Shown here one piece after another: positions 23,329-32,000 of a DNA stretch of 32,000 bases (positions are counted from its first letter, which is position 1; every line of letters begins with the position of its first letter). Source of the DNA: Candidatus Pacearchaeota archaeon (GTDB lineage Archaea; Nanobdellota; Nanobdellia; Pacearchaeales; UBA284); the NCBI GenBank assembly GCA_026016245.1, contig CP061211.1:510001-542000 (forward strand), in the 5' to 3' direction. The position numbers and the translations under genes are program-made. The notes under the pieces are model-generated. The model was not told the origin of the DNA. It did no database searches and was given only the letters and a program-made list of their open reading frames with translations.

Positions 23329-24423
23329 ATGGATACTCAAAAGAGGCTTGAGTTGATAAAGAGGAATACAGAAGAGATAATTACAGAGGATAGACTAAAA
23401 GAATTATTGAAATCTGGCAAGAAAATCAGGCATTACATTGGATTTGAGATCTCTGGTTTTGTACATCTCGGGACAGGTTTAGCAAGCATGCATAAAGTAG
23501 CTGATTTTCAGAAAGCAGGAGTAGAATGTATCATCTTTCTAGCTGATTGGCATAGTTGGATTAATAATAAATTAGGAGGAGATTTAGAGGTTATTAAGAA
23601 GGTAGCAGTAGGATATTTTAAAGAAGCTATGAAAATTTCTTTAAAATGTGTTGGGGGGAATCCAAATAAAGTAAAATTTGTTTTAGGTTCTGATTTATAT
23701 CATAATAATGATGATTATTGGAGAAAAGTTATTAAAATTTCTAAAAATTTAACTTTGAGCAGAGTCAAGCGTTCTATTACTATAATGGGTAGAAAACTTG
23801 GTGGGGAGATGCCTTTTGCTTGGTTAATTTATCCTCCAATGCAAGCAGCAGATATTTTTGCTTTGAATGTCAATCTTGCTCATGCAGGTATTGATCAGAG
23901 AAGCGCTCATGTTATTGCAATAGAATCAGCAAATAAAATAAAAAAAGAGAAGCCAATAGCAATTCACCATCATTTATTGCTCGGAGCTCAAAAACCTAAA
24001 ACGTGGCCTGTTAAAGATATTAAAGAAATTCTTTCTGAAATTAAAATGTCTAAATCTATTCCTAAGACAGCTATCTTTATTCATGATTCTTCAGAGGAAA
24101 TTAAAAATAAAGTAAAAAATGCTTTTTGTCCTGAAAGAGAAGTTGGATTTAACCCTGTTTTAGACTGGACAGAGTGGCTTATTTTTCCAATATTAGATAA
24201 AATTAAAATTGAACGCCCAAAAAAATTTGGCGAAACTATTATTTTTGATAATTATAAAAAACTTGAAAAAGAATATGCATCTGGAAAAATACATCCTCTT
24301 GATTTAAAGAATGCAGTTGCAGATTCTTTAATTAAAATTCTTGAACCAGCTAGAAAACATTTCTTTAAACCAAAAATAAGAAAGATGAAAGAACAATTAG
24401 AGAAATTAAGAGTTAATCATTGA
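23329..24423 (+). CDS. tyrS: Tyrosyl-tRNA synthetase (archaeal type)
   Basis: LIKRNTEEIITEDRLKELL ... YIGFEISGFVHLGTG is a HIGH-type motif, and KMSKS is present. HPLDLKNAVADSLIKILEPARKHF closely parallels Methanocaldococcus TyrRS. Confidence 0.9.
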   Translation: MDTQKRLELIKRNTEEIITEDRLKELLKSGKKIRHYIGFEISGFVHLGTGLASMHKVADFQKAGVECIIFLADWHSWINNKLGGDLEVIKKVAVGYFKEAMKISLKCVGGNPNKVKFVLGSDLYHNNDDYWRKVIKISKNLTLSRVKRSITIMGRKLGGEMPFAWLIYPPMQAADIFALNVNLAHAGIDQRSAHVIAIESANKIKKEKPIAIHHHLLLGAQKPKTWPVKDIKEILSEIKMSKSIPKTAIFIHDSSEEIKNKVKNAFCPEREVGFNPVLDWTEWLIFPILDKIKIERPKKFGETIIFDNYKKLEKEYASGKIHPLDLKNAVADSLIKILEPARKHFFKPKIRKMKEQLEKLRVNH

Positions 24424-24431
24424 TTTTAATT

Positions 24432-24656
24432 TTATTCTGTTTTCTTCTTCTCAATCTTTGTACCGCACTCTGGGCAAAATTTTTCATCTCCTACCAATTG
24501 ATAATTACAGTTAGAACAAACTAGGATTTCTTCTCTTTTTTCTACCACTGTTGTATAGCCAGATCTCCCACTAATTAGTTTGCCAAAAGCTTCTCTAACT
24601 CTAGGGTCATTCATGTACTGTCTCAAATCACGGCAACCACCTGATGTAAATACCAT
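24432..24656 (-). CDS. Small zinc-ribbon protein
   Basis: 74 aa with CSNC-x13-CPEC at the C-terminus. A strong GAGGAG lies 5 nt upstream of the ATG. Confidence 0.5.
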   Translation of the reverse strand: MVFTSGGCRDLRQYMNDPRVREAFGKLISGRSGYTTVVEKREEILVCSNCNYQLVGDEKFCPECGTKIEKKKTE

Positions 24657-24887
24657 TTATCTCCTCGCCTTAACCCGAGTTCTCACTTCTTTTTTTACTT
24701 CTCACTATTTCCTATGAAAATTTTTAATTAACTATGTTTTTAAATCTTTCCTTCGGTATTTTCCCTTATTTTTCATTTTATCGTCGGAAAATTAATGGAA
24801 AATACAATATTTTGTATGCTTCTTTCTCTAACCACAATTTGTAGACGGAAACGAAAGGCTTATATCTTATTTTTGATTGATTTTGTG

Positions 24888-25580
24888 ATGAAAAAAGCAG
24901 CAATTCTTTTTACTGGAGGGAAGGATTCTTGTTTAGCTTTGATGATTTCTAAGAAAAAAGGTTTTGATGTAAAATATCTCCTAACAATAATTCCAAGCTC
25001 TTATGATTCCTATATGTACCATAAACCTTCTTTAATTCTTTTGAAAGCTCAATCAAAATCTTTAGGAATTCCTTTAATAATTCAGAAAAGTAAAACAGAG
25101 AAGGAGAAAGAAGTTGAAGATCTGGATAAGTTATTTGAAAAAATTAAAAGGAAAGTTGATTATATTATTACAGGAGGAATAGTTTCAAAATATCAGAAAG
25201 AGAGAATTGAAAAAATTGTTAGGAAATTTGATCTTAAAATTTTTAATCCTCTTTGGGGAATGAAAGCTAGGGATATTTGGAAAGAATGTTTGAGAAATGA
25301 TTTTAAAGTCATCCTTACAAAAATTTGTTGTGAGGGATTAGATAAAGAATGGCTAGGAAAAAGAATTAGTAAGAAATTATTTGAAAATTTGATCGGGAAA
25401 AGTAGAAAATATGGTTTTAATCTTGAATTTGAAGGAGGGGATGCTGAAACAACTGTTCTAGACATGCCTTTATTCAAAGAAAAAATAGAGATAGATAGTA
25501 AAATTAAAAGTGAAAGCCTTTATAGGCATTTTTTAATCATTAAAAAAGTAAAAAAGAAAAAGAAAGAAATTAGAAAATAA
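24888..25580 (+). CDS. MJ0570/Dph6-like PP-loop ATPase (diphthine-ammonia ligase family)
   Basis: The ATG at 24888 gives MKKAAILFTGGKDSCLAL (PP-loop). The C-terminal EFEGGDAETTVLDMPLF matches the family EGGE(Y)ET motif. The track start at 24795 adds an implausible hydrophobic leader. Confidence 0.7.
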   Translation: MKKAAILFTGGKDSCLALMISKKKGFDVKYLLTIIPSSYDSYMYHKPSLILLKAQSKSLGIPLIIQKSKTEKEKEVEDLDKLFEKIKRKVDYIITGGIVSKYQKERIEKIVRKFDLKIFNPLWGMKARDIWKECLRNDFKVILTKICCEGLDKEWLGKRISKKLFENLIGKSRKYGFNLEFEGGDAETTVLDMPLFKEKIEIDSKIKSESLYRHFLIIKKVKKKKKEIRK

Positions 25581-25746
25581 ATGAAATACATAAAGAAATT
25601 AACCTTTTTTAAACATTTCTTTCCCCCGAAAGCCTATCTTTTCTTGGGTTTTCTGATTTAAATACATTATGATACTATTTTATAACGTTTTTATAAGATA
25701 TTTTGACAGGGGAAAATAATTTAAAATATCCTTTTTTGATATTATC

Positions 25747-26949
25747 ATGGTTGAATTTTATAAGATCAAACAAAAAAGTGGTTTAACAATATTATTTGAA
25801 AAGAGAGATCTGCCTATCGTTGCTATAATGGCTGCTGCAAGAACTGGAGCAGCTTATGAAACTATAAGAAACAAAGGAATTGCACATTTTTTTGAGCATA
25901 TGGTTTTTAAAGGGCCAACAAAAAAAAGAACTACTAAAGAAATAAGTTCAGCAATAGAAAAAGCAGGAGGGATCTTAAATGCTTTTACAGCAGAACAAGT
26001 AACTAATTTTTGGACTAAAATTCCTTCTAAACATTTTGAACTTGGAACAGACGTCATATTTGATATCTTAGAAAATCCAGCATTTACACCTAAAGAATTA
26101 GAAAGAGAAAGGGGGGTAGTTTTATCTGAGATAGATCGCTATCACGATCTACCAGAAGAATACCTGTTTGATAAAATAAAAGAATTCTTGTATGCCAAAC
26201 CTTTTGGTACATCTATTCTTGGACTTAAAGAAACTGTATCTAAACTTAAGAGATCTGACTTGTTAAATTGGCACAAATATTATGATCCCAAAAATATGAT
26301 TATTTGTATTGTTGGAAGTGCAAATTTAAAAGAAATAGATAATATGGCTAAGAAATATTTTGGAAAAAATAAAGGAATTAAAATTCCAGAAGCCAGGATC
26401 AAACTATTAATGAAAAATAAAGAAGTAATAGAGAGAAGACAGGGATTAGATCAAACACATTTTGCTTTAGGATTTCATAGACCTTCACTTTCTAATAAGA
26501 TGAGATATGCTAGTGAAGTTTTTAATGCAATTCTTGGAGAAGGGATGTCTTCTGTTTTATTTCAAGAAGTTAGAGAAAAAAGAGGGTGGGCTTATCTTAT
26601 TCATAGTTATCTTCAAAGGGAAAAGGATTATGGATATTGTACAGTTTATGCTGGTGTAGAAAAGAAAAATATAAAGAAAGTTAAAGAAATAATCCTCAAA
26701 GAAATCAAAGGTATGGCAAAAGCCAAAGCAAGAGATCTAGATGAAGCCAAAGAACAAAAGATAGGTAATTGGCAGTTAAGTCTAGAATCTTGTAATAACA
26801 CTGCAACGAATCTAATTTTCCAAGAAATGGCTACAAAAGCAGAAGATTTTTATGATTATCCTGAAAAAATTTATGATGTTAAGCTTCAAGATATCAAGAA
26901 GCTAGCAAAAATAAAAAATTATTGTAATATGGTTCTTGTTCCAGATTAA
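25747..26949 (+). CDS. M16-family (pitrilysin/insulinase-like) zinc peptidase
   Basis: The inverted zinc motif HFFEHMVFKG (HxxEH) sits near the N-terminus, with a downstream ERERGVVLSEI glutamate region. The gene is 400 aa. Confidence 0.8.
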   Translation: MVEFYKIKQKSGLTILFEKRDLPIVAIMAAARTGAAYETIRNKGIAHFFEHMVFKGPTKKRTTKEISSAIEKAGGILNAFTAEQVTNFWTKIPSKHFELGTDVIFDILENPAFTPKELERERGVVLSEIDRYHDLPEEYLFDKIKEFLYAKPFGTSILGLKETVSKLKRSDLLNWHKYYDPKNMIICIVGSANLKEIDNMAKKYFGKNKGIKIPEARIKLLMKNKEVIERRQGLDQTHFALGFHRPSLSNKMRYASEVFNAILGEGMSSVLFQEVREKRGWAYLIHSYLQREKDYGYCTVYAGVEKKNIKKVKEIILKEIKGMAKAKARDLDEAKEQKIGNWQLSLESCNNTATNLIFQEMATKAEDFYDYPEKIYDVKLQDIKKLAKIKNYCNMVLVPD

Positions 26950-26952
26950 AAA

Positions 26953-27699
26953 ATGTTGGTTGTTAAGATTCCTGCAATAAATGGCTTAGGTAAGACAGGA
27001 GGATGCGAGAAAGCTCCTAATTTATTATGTAAGGAATTAAATATTTCTTGTGATGAAATTGAAGTTAATAATGATGATATTGAAGAAAATATTAAGATTA
27101 TATCAGAAAAAGCTACTGATTTTTTAAATAAGGATTTTGTTGTTTTTTTAGGAGGAGATCATTCTATATCTTTTCCTTTGGTAAGAGCTTTTAGTTCTTT
27201 AAACAAAAATGTAGGAATTATTATTTTTGATGCTCATGCTGATTGTATGAAACCAATGAAAGAGCCAACACATGAAGAATGGCTAAGAGCTTTAGTTGAG
27301 CAAGGCTTTGATCCCAAAAATATTACTCTTATTGGTCTTAGAAAAGTTGAGCAAGAGGAGATGGATTTTTTGAAAGAAAAGGGAATAAAATGTTTTTTCA
27401 TGAAAGAATTATTTTCTGATTTTAAAGAAACAGTTGATTTGATAATAGAGAAAGCATATAAGTTTGATTCTTTATATTTAAGTATAGATATTGATGTTAT
27501 TGATCCTACTTTTGCTCCTGGAACAGGCTATATTGAACCTGGTGGCTTGTCTAGCAAGGAATTTTTATATATGATTCAAAGACTTGTTTTGCTAAAAAAT
27601 TTAAAGGCTGTTGATTTAGTAGAAATTAATCCAGATAAAGATATAAATAATCTTACTATTAAATTAGGCACTAAAATTATAGAAGAATTGAAAAAATGA
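26953..27699 (+). CDS. Ureohydrolase-family enzyme (agmatinase/arginase-like, short form)
   Basis: The Mn-binding motifs LGGDHSISFP, IFDAHADCM and LSIDIDVIDPTFAPGTG are present. Confidence 0.75.
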   Translation: MLVVKIPAINGLGKTGGCEKAPNLLCKELNISCDEIEVNNDDIEENIKIISEKATDFLNKDFVVFLGGDHSISFPLVRAFSSLNKNVGIIIFDAHADCMKPMKEPTHEEWLRALVEQGFDPKNITLIGLRKVEQEEMDFLKEKGIKCFFMKELFSDFKETVDLIIEKAYKFDSLYLSIDIDVIDPTFAPGTGYIEPGGLSSKEFLYMIQRLVLLKNLKAVDLVEINPDKDINNLTIKLGTKIIEELKK

Positions 27700-28238
27700 G
27701 GTGTTTTATTGCCATAGATATACCCTCTGAGGTCAGGGAAGAATTGGCGAGGGCAGAAGAAGTAATTAGAGGATTTGATAAAAGAGCAAAATTAAAGATA
27801 GTAGAGCCAGAAAATTTACATATTACTATAAAATTCTTAGGTGACTTGACAGATGATCAAGTAAACAAAGCAAAAGAAGTTCTTAGAGAAATTAAATTCG
27901 AGCCATTTAAAGTTAAACTTAATTCTTTTGGTATTTTTCCATCTCTAAATTTTATTCGTGTAGTTTGGGTAGATGTATTACCAAAGGAACAACTTATAGA
28001 ACTGGAGAAGAAAATTGATGATGTTATAAGTGAGAAATTAGGATTTAGAAGAAATAGAAATTTTGAGACACACATCACCTTAGCTAGAGCCAAATATATT
28101 GGGGACAAACAAAAGTTTGTTGAGGGTTTGAAGAATATAACTGTCAGCCCAATTGAATTTGAAATAAAGAATTTTTCTCTTAAAAAATCAACTCTTACAA
28201 GAGAAGGGCCTATTTATGAGGATATTATTAAATTTTAA
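27696..28238 (+). CDS. thpR: RNA 2',3'-cyclic phosphodiesterase (2H family, LigT/ThpR)
   Basis: Two HxT/S motifs, HITIKFLG and HITLAR, are present in a 180-aa protein. Confidence 0.85.
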   Translation: MRCFIAIDIPSEVREELARAEEVIRGFDKRAKLKIVEPENLHITIKFLGDLTDDQVNKAKEVLREIKFEPFKVKLNSFGIFPSLNFIRVVWVDVLPKEQLIELEKKIDDVISEKLGFRRNRNFETHITLARAKYIGDKQKFVEGLKNITVSPIEFEIKNFSLKKSTLTREGPIYEDIIKF

Positions 28239-28874
28239 TCACTTTTTCTTATATTTTGCATTAATAATTTTTTTCATTGATTCTACTTTCTTTTTTTGAA
28301 GTTTTACCTTTTCTAGATCTTTTTCTTTTGCGTTAATTACTTTTTTAATTGTTTTAAACTTTCTAAGCAATTTTTTTGCTGTTGCTGGGCCTATACCAGG
28401 AAAGGCCTCAAGAATAAATTGTTGTTGTTCTGCAAGATTGTAGGCTTTTTTCTTTATTATTAGGGATATTTCTTTTGGTTTCTTTTTCTGCTTTTTTTCT
28501 AAAAGGATAAGGAACCCGGCAGTATCTTCATAATTTTTTGTCAAGATTATTGGTATCTGGAAGTCTAACATTATTGATAACATCATTCCACGAATGGCAT
28601 TTGGATTAACTTTTCCAAATTCATATAGGGGAAAATCATCTGTACCTTCTATAATTAAGGCTTGTTGAGGATATTGTTTTAATTCTTCAAGTTGTCTTAA
28701 TAATCTTTTATTTAACATGGAACTAATAAAATCAGATATTGTTTTTCTTTCTATACCTATATTTCCAATAATATAATCAGCCACCTTTAATTGTTGGAGT
28801 TTTATCTGTTGTTTTCTTTCTATAAGTTCAGATAAGACCATAGAATTCTTTTCTCTCTTGTCTATTATTATCAT
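28239..28874 (-). CDS. ERCC4-type structure-specific nuclease, short-form XPF/Hef (nuclease plus HhH2, no helicase domain)
   Basis: IIIDKREK ... VADYIIGNIGIERKTISDFISS carries the GDxn-ERKxxxD motif. A C-terminal HhH2, LEAFPGIGPATAKKLLRKF, follows. The ATG at 28874 is preferred over the GTG at 28892. Confidence 0.8.
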   Translation of the reverse strand: MIIIDKREKNSMVLSELIERKQQIKLQQLKVADYIIGNIGIERKTISDFISSMLNKRLLRQLEELKQYPQQALIIEGTDDFPLYEFGKVNPNAIRGMMLSIMLDFQIPIILTKNYEDTAGFLILLEKKQKKKPKEISLIIKKKAYNLAEQQQFILEAFPGIGPATAKKLLRKFKTIKKVINAKEKDLEKVKLQKKKVESMKKIINAKYKKK

Positions 28875-28907
28875 TAATTTTAAAAATAACACTATCTTTT
28901 AATATTT

Positions 28908-29186
28908 ATGTTAGTAAAGATATTAGGTATTTTTGATCTTTTTGTAGCTTTAATTCTTTTTCTGCTTGCTCTTGAAGTTGGTATACCTTTAGTGTTAATT
29001 TTGATAATCATTATATTATTAGCTGTGAAATCCTTGCCATTTATTCTTAGTTTTGATATTGCCAGTATTATTGATCTTTTTGTTGCTATATTCATACTAA
29101 TAAATTTAATTTTTGGGCTGCCTACTATTTTACTTATTATAGCAGCTTTGGCTATTGGGCAGAAAGGTGTATTTAGTTTATTATGA
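28908..29186 (+). CDS. Small hydrophobic membrane protein (3 TM segments, internal repeat)
   Basis: 92 aa. IFDLFVALILFLLAL and IIDLFVAIFILINLI are repeated segments. The gene overlaps the next ORF by 4 nt. The competing minus-strand ORF 28892..29095 is a Lys/Asn-rich shadow. Confidence 0.4.
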   Translation: MLVKILGIFDLFVALILFLLALEVGIPLVLILIIIILLAVKSLPFILSFDIASIIDLFVAIFILINLIFGLPTILLIIAALAIGQKGVFSLL

Positions 29187-29473
29187 GTCTTTTAAAAAAA
29201 ATATTAATTTTAGAAGTGGTGTTTTTAGCGGGAAATGTTTTTATTTTACATCAACAAAAACAAAATCATTACCAAATCAAACAAAAAATTAGAGATGCTG
29301 AAGCTGAGAATGATAGCCTACAAAATTATCTAAAGTCTATAAATCCCTATGATAGTTTAATTAATAAAATAAAAAAGCTCTATCAAAACAATGAGTTGTT
29401 TTGGGAATTTTATAAAGAACAGCAAAGACAACAGAAATCGAAGGAATATGAAAAAAGATGTAAGTTTATATAA
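29183..29473 (+). CDS. Small protein with an N-terminal TM anchor and a Gln/Lys-rich helical region
   Basis: 96 aa. LKKILILEVVFLAGNVFIL is followed by a charged helical segment. The gene appears translationally coupled to the upstream ORF. Confidence 0.35.
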   Translation: MSLLKKILILEVVFLAGNVFILHQQKQNHYQIKQKIRDAEAENDSLQNYLKSINPYDSLINKIKKLYQNNELFWEFYKEQQRQQKSKEYEKRCKFI

Positions 29474-29474
29474 A

Positions 29475-31568
29475 TTACATAGAACATTCAGAACATGCTA
29501 ATCCACCAGCATAATGAAGTTCAGCTTTTGTGGGTTTCTTTCCTTTTCCAAGATAAAGTACTTGTTGTGGCTTGCTTCCATATCTGTAAATAGTTATCCC
29601 TTTACATTTTAAGTCCCAGGCTAGAAGATAGGATTTCTTAACTTGCTCTATTGATGCTTTTTCTGGGAAATTTATTGTTTTGCTAACTGCATTATCTGTG
29701 TATTTCTGGAATATTGCTTGCATCCTTATATGCCATTCTATTGAAATTTCCAAGGCTGTTATGAATAGTCTTTTCATTTCTTTTGGCAGGTATGTTTTTT
29801 GTATTGAACCTGTGAAGGCTATTTTTTTTATTAGATCATCTGTATAAAGATCTTTTTTGATTGTTTCAATTTTGAAATCATTGTTTATCTCAATAAGTCT
29901 TTTTCCTTCCATGATTTCTCTGACATATACTATTGCAAACAAAGGCTCGATTCCTGAACTACAACCAGCAATAATGCTTATTGAACCAGTTGGGGCTATT
30001 GTTGTTCGTGTCGCATTTCTTAGATATCTGAAATTTTTATATTTGCTTTTTTTGAGATTGGGAAAAGATCCTCTTTTCTTTCCAAGATAAATACTTGCAT
30101 TTCTTGCCTCTATGTTGATGAAAGACATGATTCTTTTTGCAGTCTTTAATGCTTTTTTTGAATTGTAAGGAATCCTTAATTTTATTAACATATCAGCAAA
30201 ACCCATTATCCCTAAACCTATTTTTCTGTTTGCTTTGGTTATCTGTTCTATTTCAGGAAGAGGATATTTGTTTTTTTCTATCACATTGTCTAGAAAATGG
30301 ATTGCTGTGTGGATAACTTTTCTTAGTTTTGTGTAGTTGATTTTTTCCTTCTCAACAAATTTTGACAAATTGATTGAGCCAAGATTACAAGATTCATATG
30401 CAAGCAACGGAAGTTCCCCGCAAGGATTTGTTGCTTCTATTTTATCTAGTTTTGGTGTTGGTTGTTTTCTGTTAATTTCATCAATATATATCATCCCTGG
30501 ATCCCCTGTTTTCCAGGCAGCTTTGTATATTTCGTTAAATAGTTTTTTTGCATCAATTTTTTTTGCTACTTTTCTTGTCCTAGGATTTATTAGATTAAAG
30601 GTTTTGTTTTTTGTAGCGGCATTCATAAAAGAATCTGTTACAGCCACGCTTATGTTAAAGTTACTAAGCTGTCTTTCTTTTCCTTTTGCATGAATAAATT
30701 CTTCTATGTCTGGATGTGTACAATGCAAGACAGCCATATTCGCCCCCCTTCTTTTACCACCTTGTTTTATTACATCTGTTGTCGCATCATAAATTTTGAT
30801 AAAGCTGACTGGTCCTGATGCAACTCCTTTTGTGCTTTTAACTATGTCCCCTTTTGGCCTTAGGTTTGAGAATGAAAAGCCAGTGCCACCTCCAGATTGC
30901 TGTATTTTTGCCATATCTTTAAGTGTTGTGAAAATGCTATCTAAACTGTCTTCTATTGGCAAGACAAAACATGCACTTAACTGTCCAATAGGTGTTCCAG
31001 CATTCATTAAAGTAGGGCTGTTAGGCAGGAATTCCAGATTTTTCATCATTTCTAAAAATTCTTTTTCAGTTTTTTTGGGATTCTGTCTAAATTTTTTGTC
31101 TGCACTTGCAACTGCTTTTGCAATTCTTTTAAACATTTGAGTCGGTGTTTCAATAATCTTGCCTTTATTATCCCTTAACAAATACCTTTCCTCCAAAACT
31201 TTTAATGCATTAGCACTGAATTTCATATCATCTTTAATTTTGAAGAAATTTCTAATTTCTCTTGCAGGATGTCTTGAACGCCTGTAGAGAGAATAGACTT
31301 TGAAAAGCCTTTCATTGTACTTTTCTAAAACTTCTTCTACTATCTCTTGTATCTGTTCAACTGTTGGTGTTTTTCTTTCCCATTTATTTATTCTTTCATT
31401 AAGCAAGAAAATAACATCAAAGGTAATTCTTCTAGCAGCTCTTTTGTTATCAAGGTCAAAAACTTTCATTGCTTTTATGATAGCATTAGTAATTTTTTTT
31501 GAATTGAAAGACACTATAGAACCGTCTCTTTTTCTTATTTTCTTGATTCTATTTTTCCTCTTTTTCAT
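29475..31568 (-). CDS. nrdJ: Class II (adenosylcobalamin-dependent) ribonucleotide reductase with an N-terminal ATP-cone
   Basis: The ATP-cone is IRKRDGSIVSFNSKKITNAIIKAM. The active-site motifs LSACFVLP and ATNPCGELPL are present, with a C-terminal redox tail GGLACSECSM. The ATG at 31568 is preferred over 31610. No intein is seen. Confidence 0.85.
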   Translation of the reverse strand: MKKRKNRIKKIRKRDGSIVSFNSKKITNAIIKAMKVFDLDNKRAARRITFDVIFLLNERINKWERKTPTVEQIQEIVEEVLEKYNERLFKVYSLYRRSRHPAREIRNFFKIKDDMKFSANALKVLEERYLLRDNKGKIIETPTQMFKRIAKAVASADKKFRQNPKKTEKEFLEMMKNLEFLPNSPTLMNAGTPIGQLSACFVLPIEDSLDSIFTTLKDMAKIQQSGGGTGFSFSNLRPKGDIVKSTKGVASGPVSFIKIYDATTDVIKQGGKRRGANMAVLHCTHPDIEEFIHAKGKERQLSNFNISVAVTDSFMNAATKNKTFNLINPRTRKVAKKIDAKKLFNEIYKAAWKTGDPGMIYIDEINRKQPTPKLDKIEATNPCGELPLLAYESCNLGSINLSKFVEKEKINYTKLRKVIHTAIHFLDNVIEKNKYPLPEIEQITKANRKIGLGIMGFADMLIKLRIPYNSKKALKTAKRIMSFINIEARNASIYLGKKRGSFPNLKKSKYKNFRYLRNATRTTIAPTGSISIIAGCSSGIEPLFAIVYVREIMEGKRLIEINNDFKIETIKKDLYTDDLIKKIAFTGSIQKTYLPKEMKRLFITALEISIEWHIRMQAIFQKYTDNAVSKTINFPEKASIEQVKKSYLLAWDLKCKGITIYRYGSKPQQVLYLGKGKKPTKAELHYAGGLACSECSM

Positions 31569-31674
31569 GTTTAAGAAAAGGTATTTGATTTTAAAAGCCT
31601 TTTCTATCACATACTTTCTTTTATATTTTTTAAATTATAATGATACTTATAAATCTGATAAATTTCTATAGAGA

Positions 31675-32000
31675 ATGAAAAGGCCTGAAAAAGATATTTA
31701 CTATTTGGGTATTGCGAGGCAGATAGCTAGAAGAGGAACTTGCCTGAGAAGAAGGATTGGGGCTATAATTGTTAAAAATGATGCTGTTATTTCTAGTGGC
31801 TATGCTGGGGCTCCTAGAGGAACCCCAAATTGCATAGACTTGAAAGAGTGTGTAAGAGATAAATTAAATATAAAAAGGGGGCAGAGATATGAATTATGCA
31901 GAAGTGTTCATGCTGAAGCAAACACGATAATAAATGCTGCAAGAACTGGAGCTAATATTCTTGGAGGTATGATGTATCTTTTTATGGAACACCCTGATGG
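31675..32000 (+). CDS. dCMP deaminase (cytidine/deoxycytidylate deaminase family). It is partial: the 3' end is off the window.
   Basis: MKRPEKDIYYLGIARQIARRGTCLRRRIGAIIVKND ... CRSVHAEANTIINAA carries the zinc-binding HAE motif. It is not in the ORF track because it runs off the edge. Confidence 0.8.
   Translation, partial: MKRPEKDIYYLGIARQIARRGTCLRRRIGAIIVKNDAVISSGYAGAPRGTPNCIDLKECVRDKLNIKRGQRYELCRSVHAEANTIINAARTGANILGGMMYLFMEHPD

Noticed and set aside
24795-24887. Upstream extension of the Dph6-like ORF (MENTIFCMLLSLTTICRRKRK...)
   Set aside because: Family members start right at the PP-loop strand (MKKAAILFTGGKDS). The extension has no homology-like character and probably lies in the promoter or 5' region.
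28892-29095. Minus-strand 67-aa ORF overlapping the small membrane-protein ORF
   Set aside because: It is a Lys/Asn/Ile-rich mirror of a hydrophobic plus-strand frame. The plus-strand ORF is translationally coupled (4-nt overlap) to the next ORF. Neither call is strong.
18200-31568. Inteins in DP2, Orc1/Cdc6 or NrdJ
   Set aside because: The lengths are at or below typical intein-free sizes. No Cys/Ser...HN-Cys/Ser/Thr splice-junction blocks or homing-endonuclease (LAGLIDADG) motifs interrupt the conserved motifs.

Overview
This is an AT-rich, tightly packed archaeal chromosome segment. The archaeal assignment rests on Orc1/Cdc6, both subunits of family-D DNA polymerase, an archaeal-type TyrRS and an ORB-type replication origin. 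The short genes and compact layout suggest a small-genome (DPANN-like) archaeon, but that is inference only. All calls come from reading the supplied translations and the DNA by eye, using motif-level recognition with no database search.

Gene content, left to right:
- two small winged-helix (wHTH) DNA-binding genes
- a secreted protein with a Tat signal
- a QueC-like PP-loop ATPase with large extensions
- an Lhr-type helicase
- a seven-gene minus-strand operon, treT-prs-rpiB-hps-phi-pgiA-glk, encoding an unbroken trehalose/glucose to PRPP route through the reverse ribulose-monophosphate (RuMP) pathway
- a scarred region with gene fragments: two stranded 5' ends of a metallophosphoesterase gene and a stranded Lhr 3' end, plus a Cys-rich orphan, a CX5R phosphatase-like gene and the intact metallophosphoesterase
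- a ConA-like lipoprotein
- tRNA-Ser(CGA)
- a two-gene pair of unknown function
- a PRC-barrel protein
- a textbook oriC (inverted ORB boxes around a 76-nt pure A/T unwinding element) followed by orc1/cdc6-dp1-dp2
- a TctA-like permease plus a membrane-anchored OB-fold protein
- tyrS, a zinc-ribbon protein, a Dph6-like PP-loop ATPase, an M16 peptidase, an agmatinase-family enzyme and the 2',3'-cyclic phosphodiesterase ThpR
- a short-form XPF nuclease and two tiny membrane proteins
- a class II ribonucleotide reductase and a partial dCMP deaminase

The most interesting signal is a 111-nt perfect direct repeat of the Lhr 3' end (5691-5801 and 11696-11806). Together with the neighbouring gene fragments, it has the topology expected from single-crossover integration of a circularised ~6-kb segment whose cargo is the whole sugar-to-PRPP operon. 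No CRISPR array, integrase, transposase, rRNA or intein was seen.
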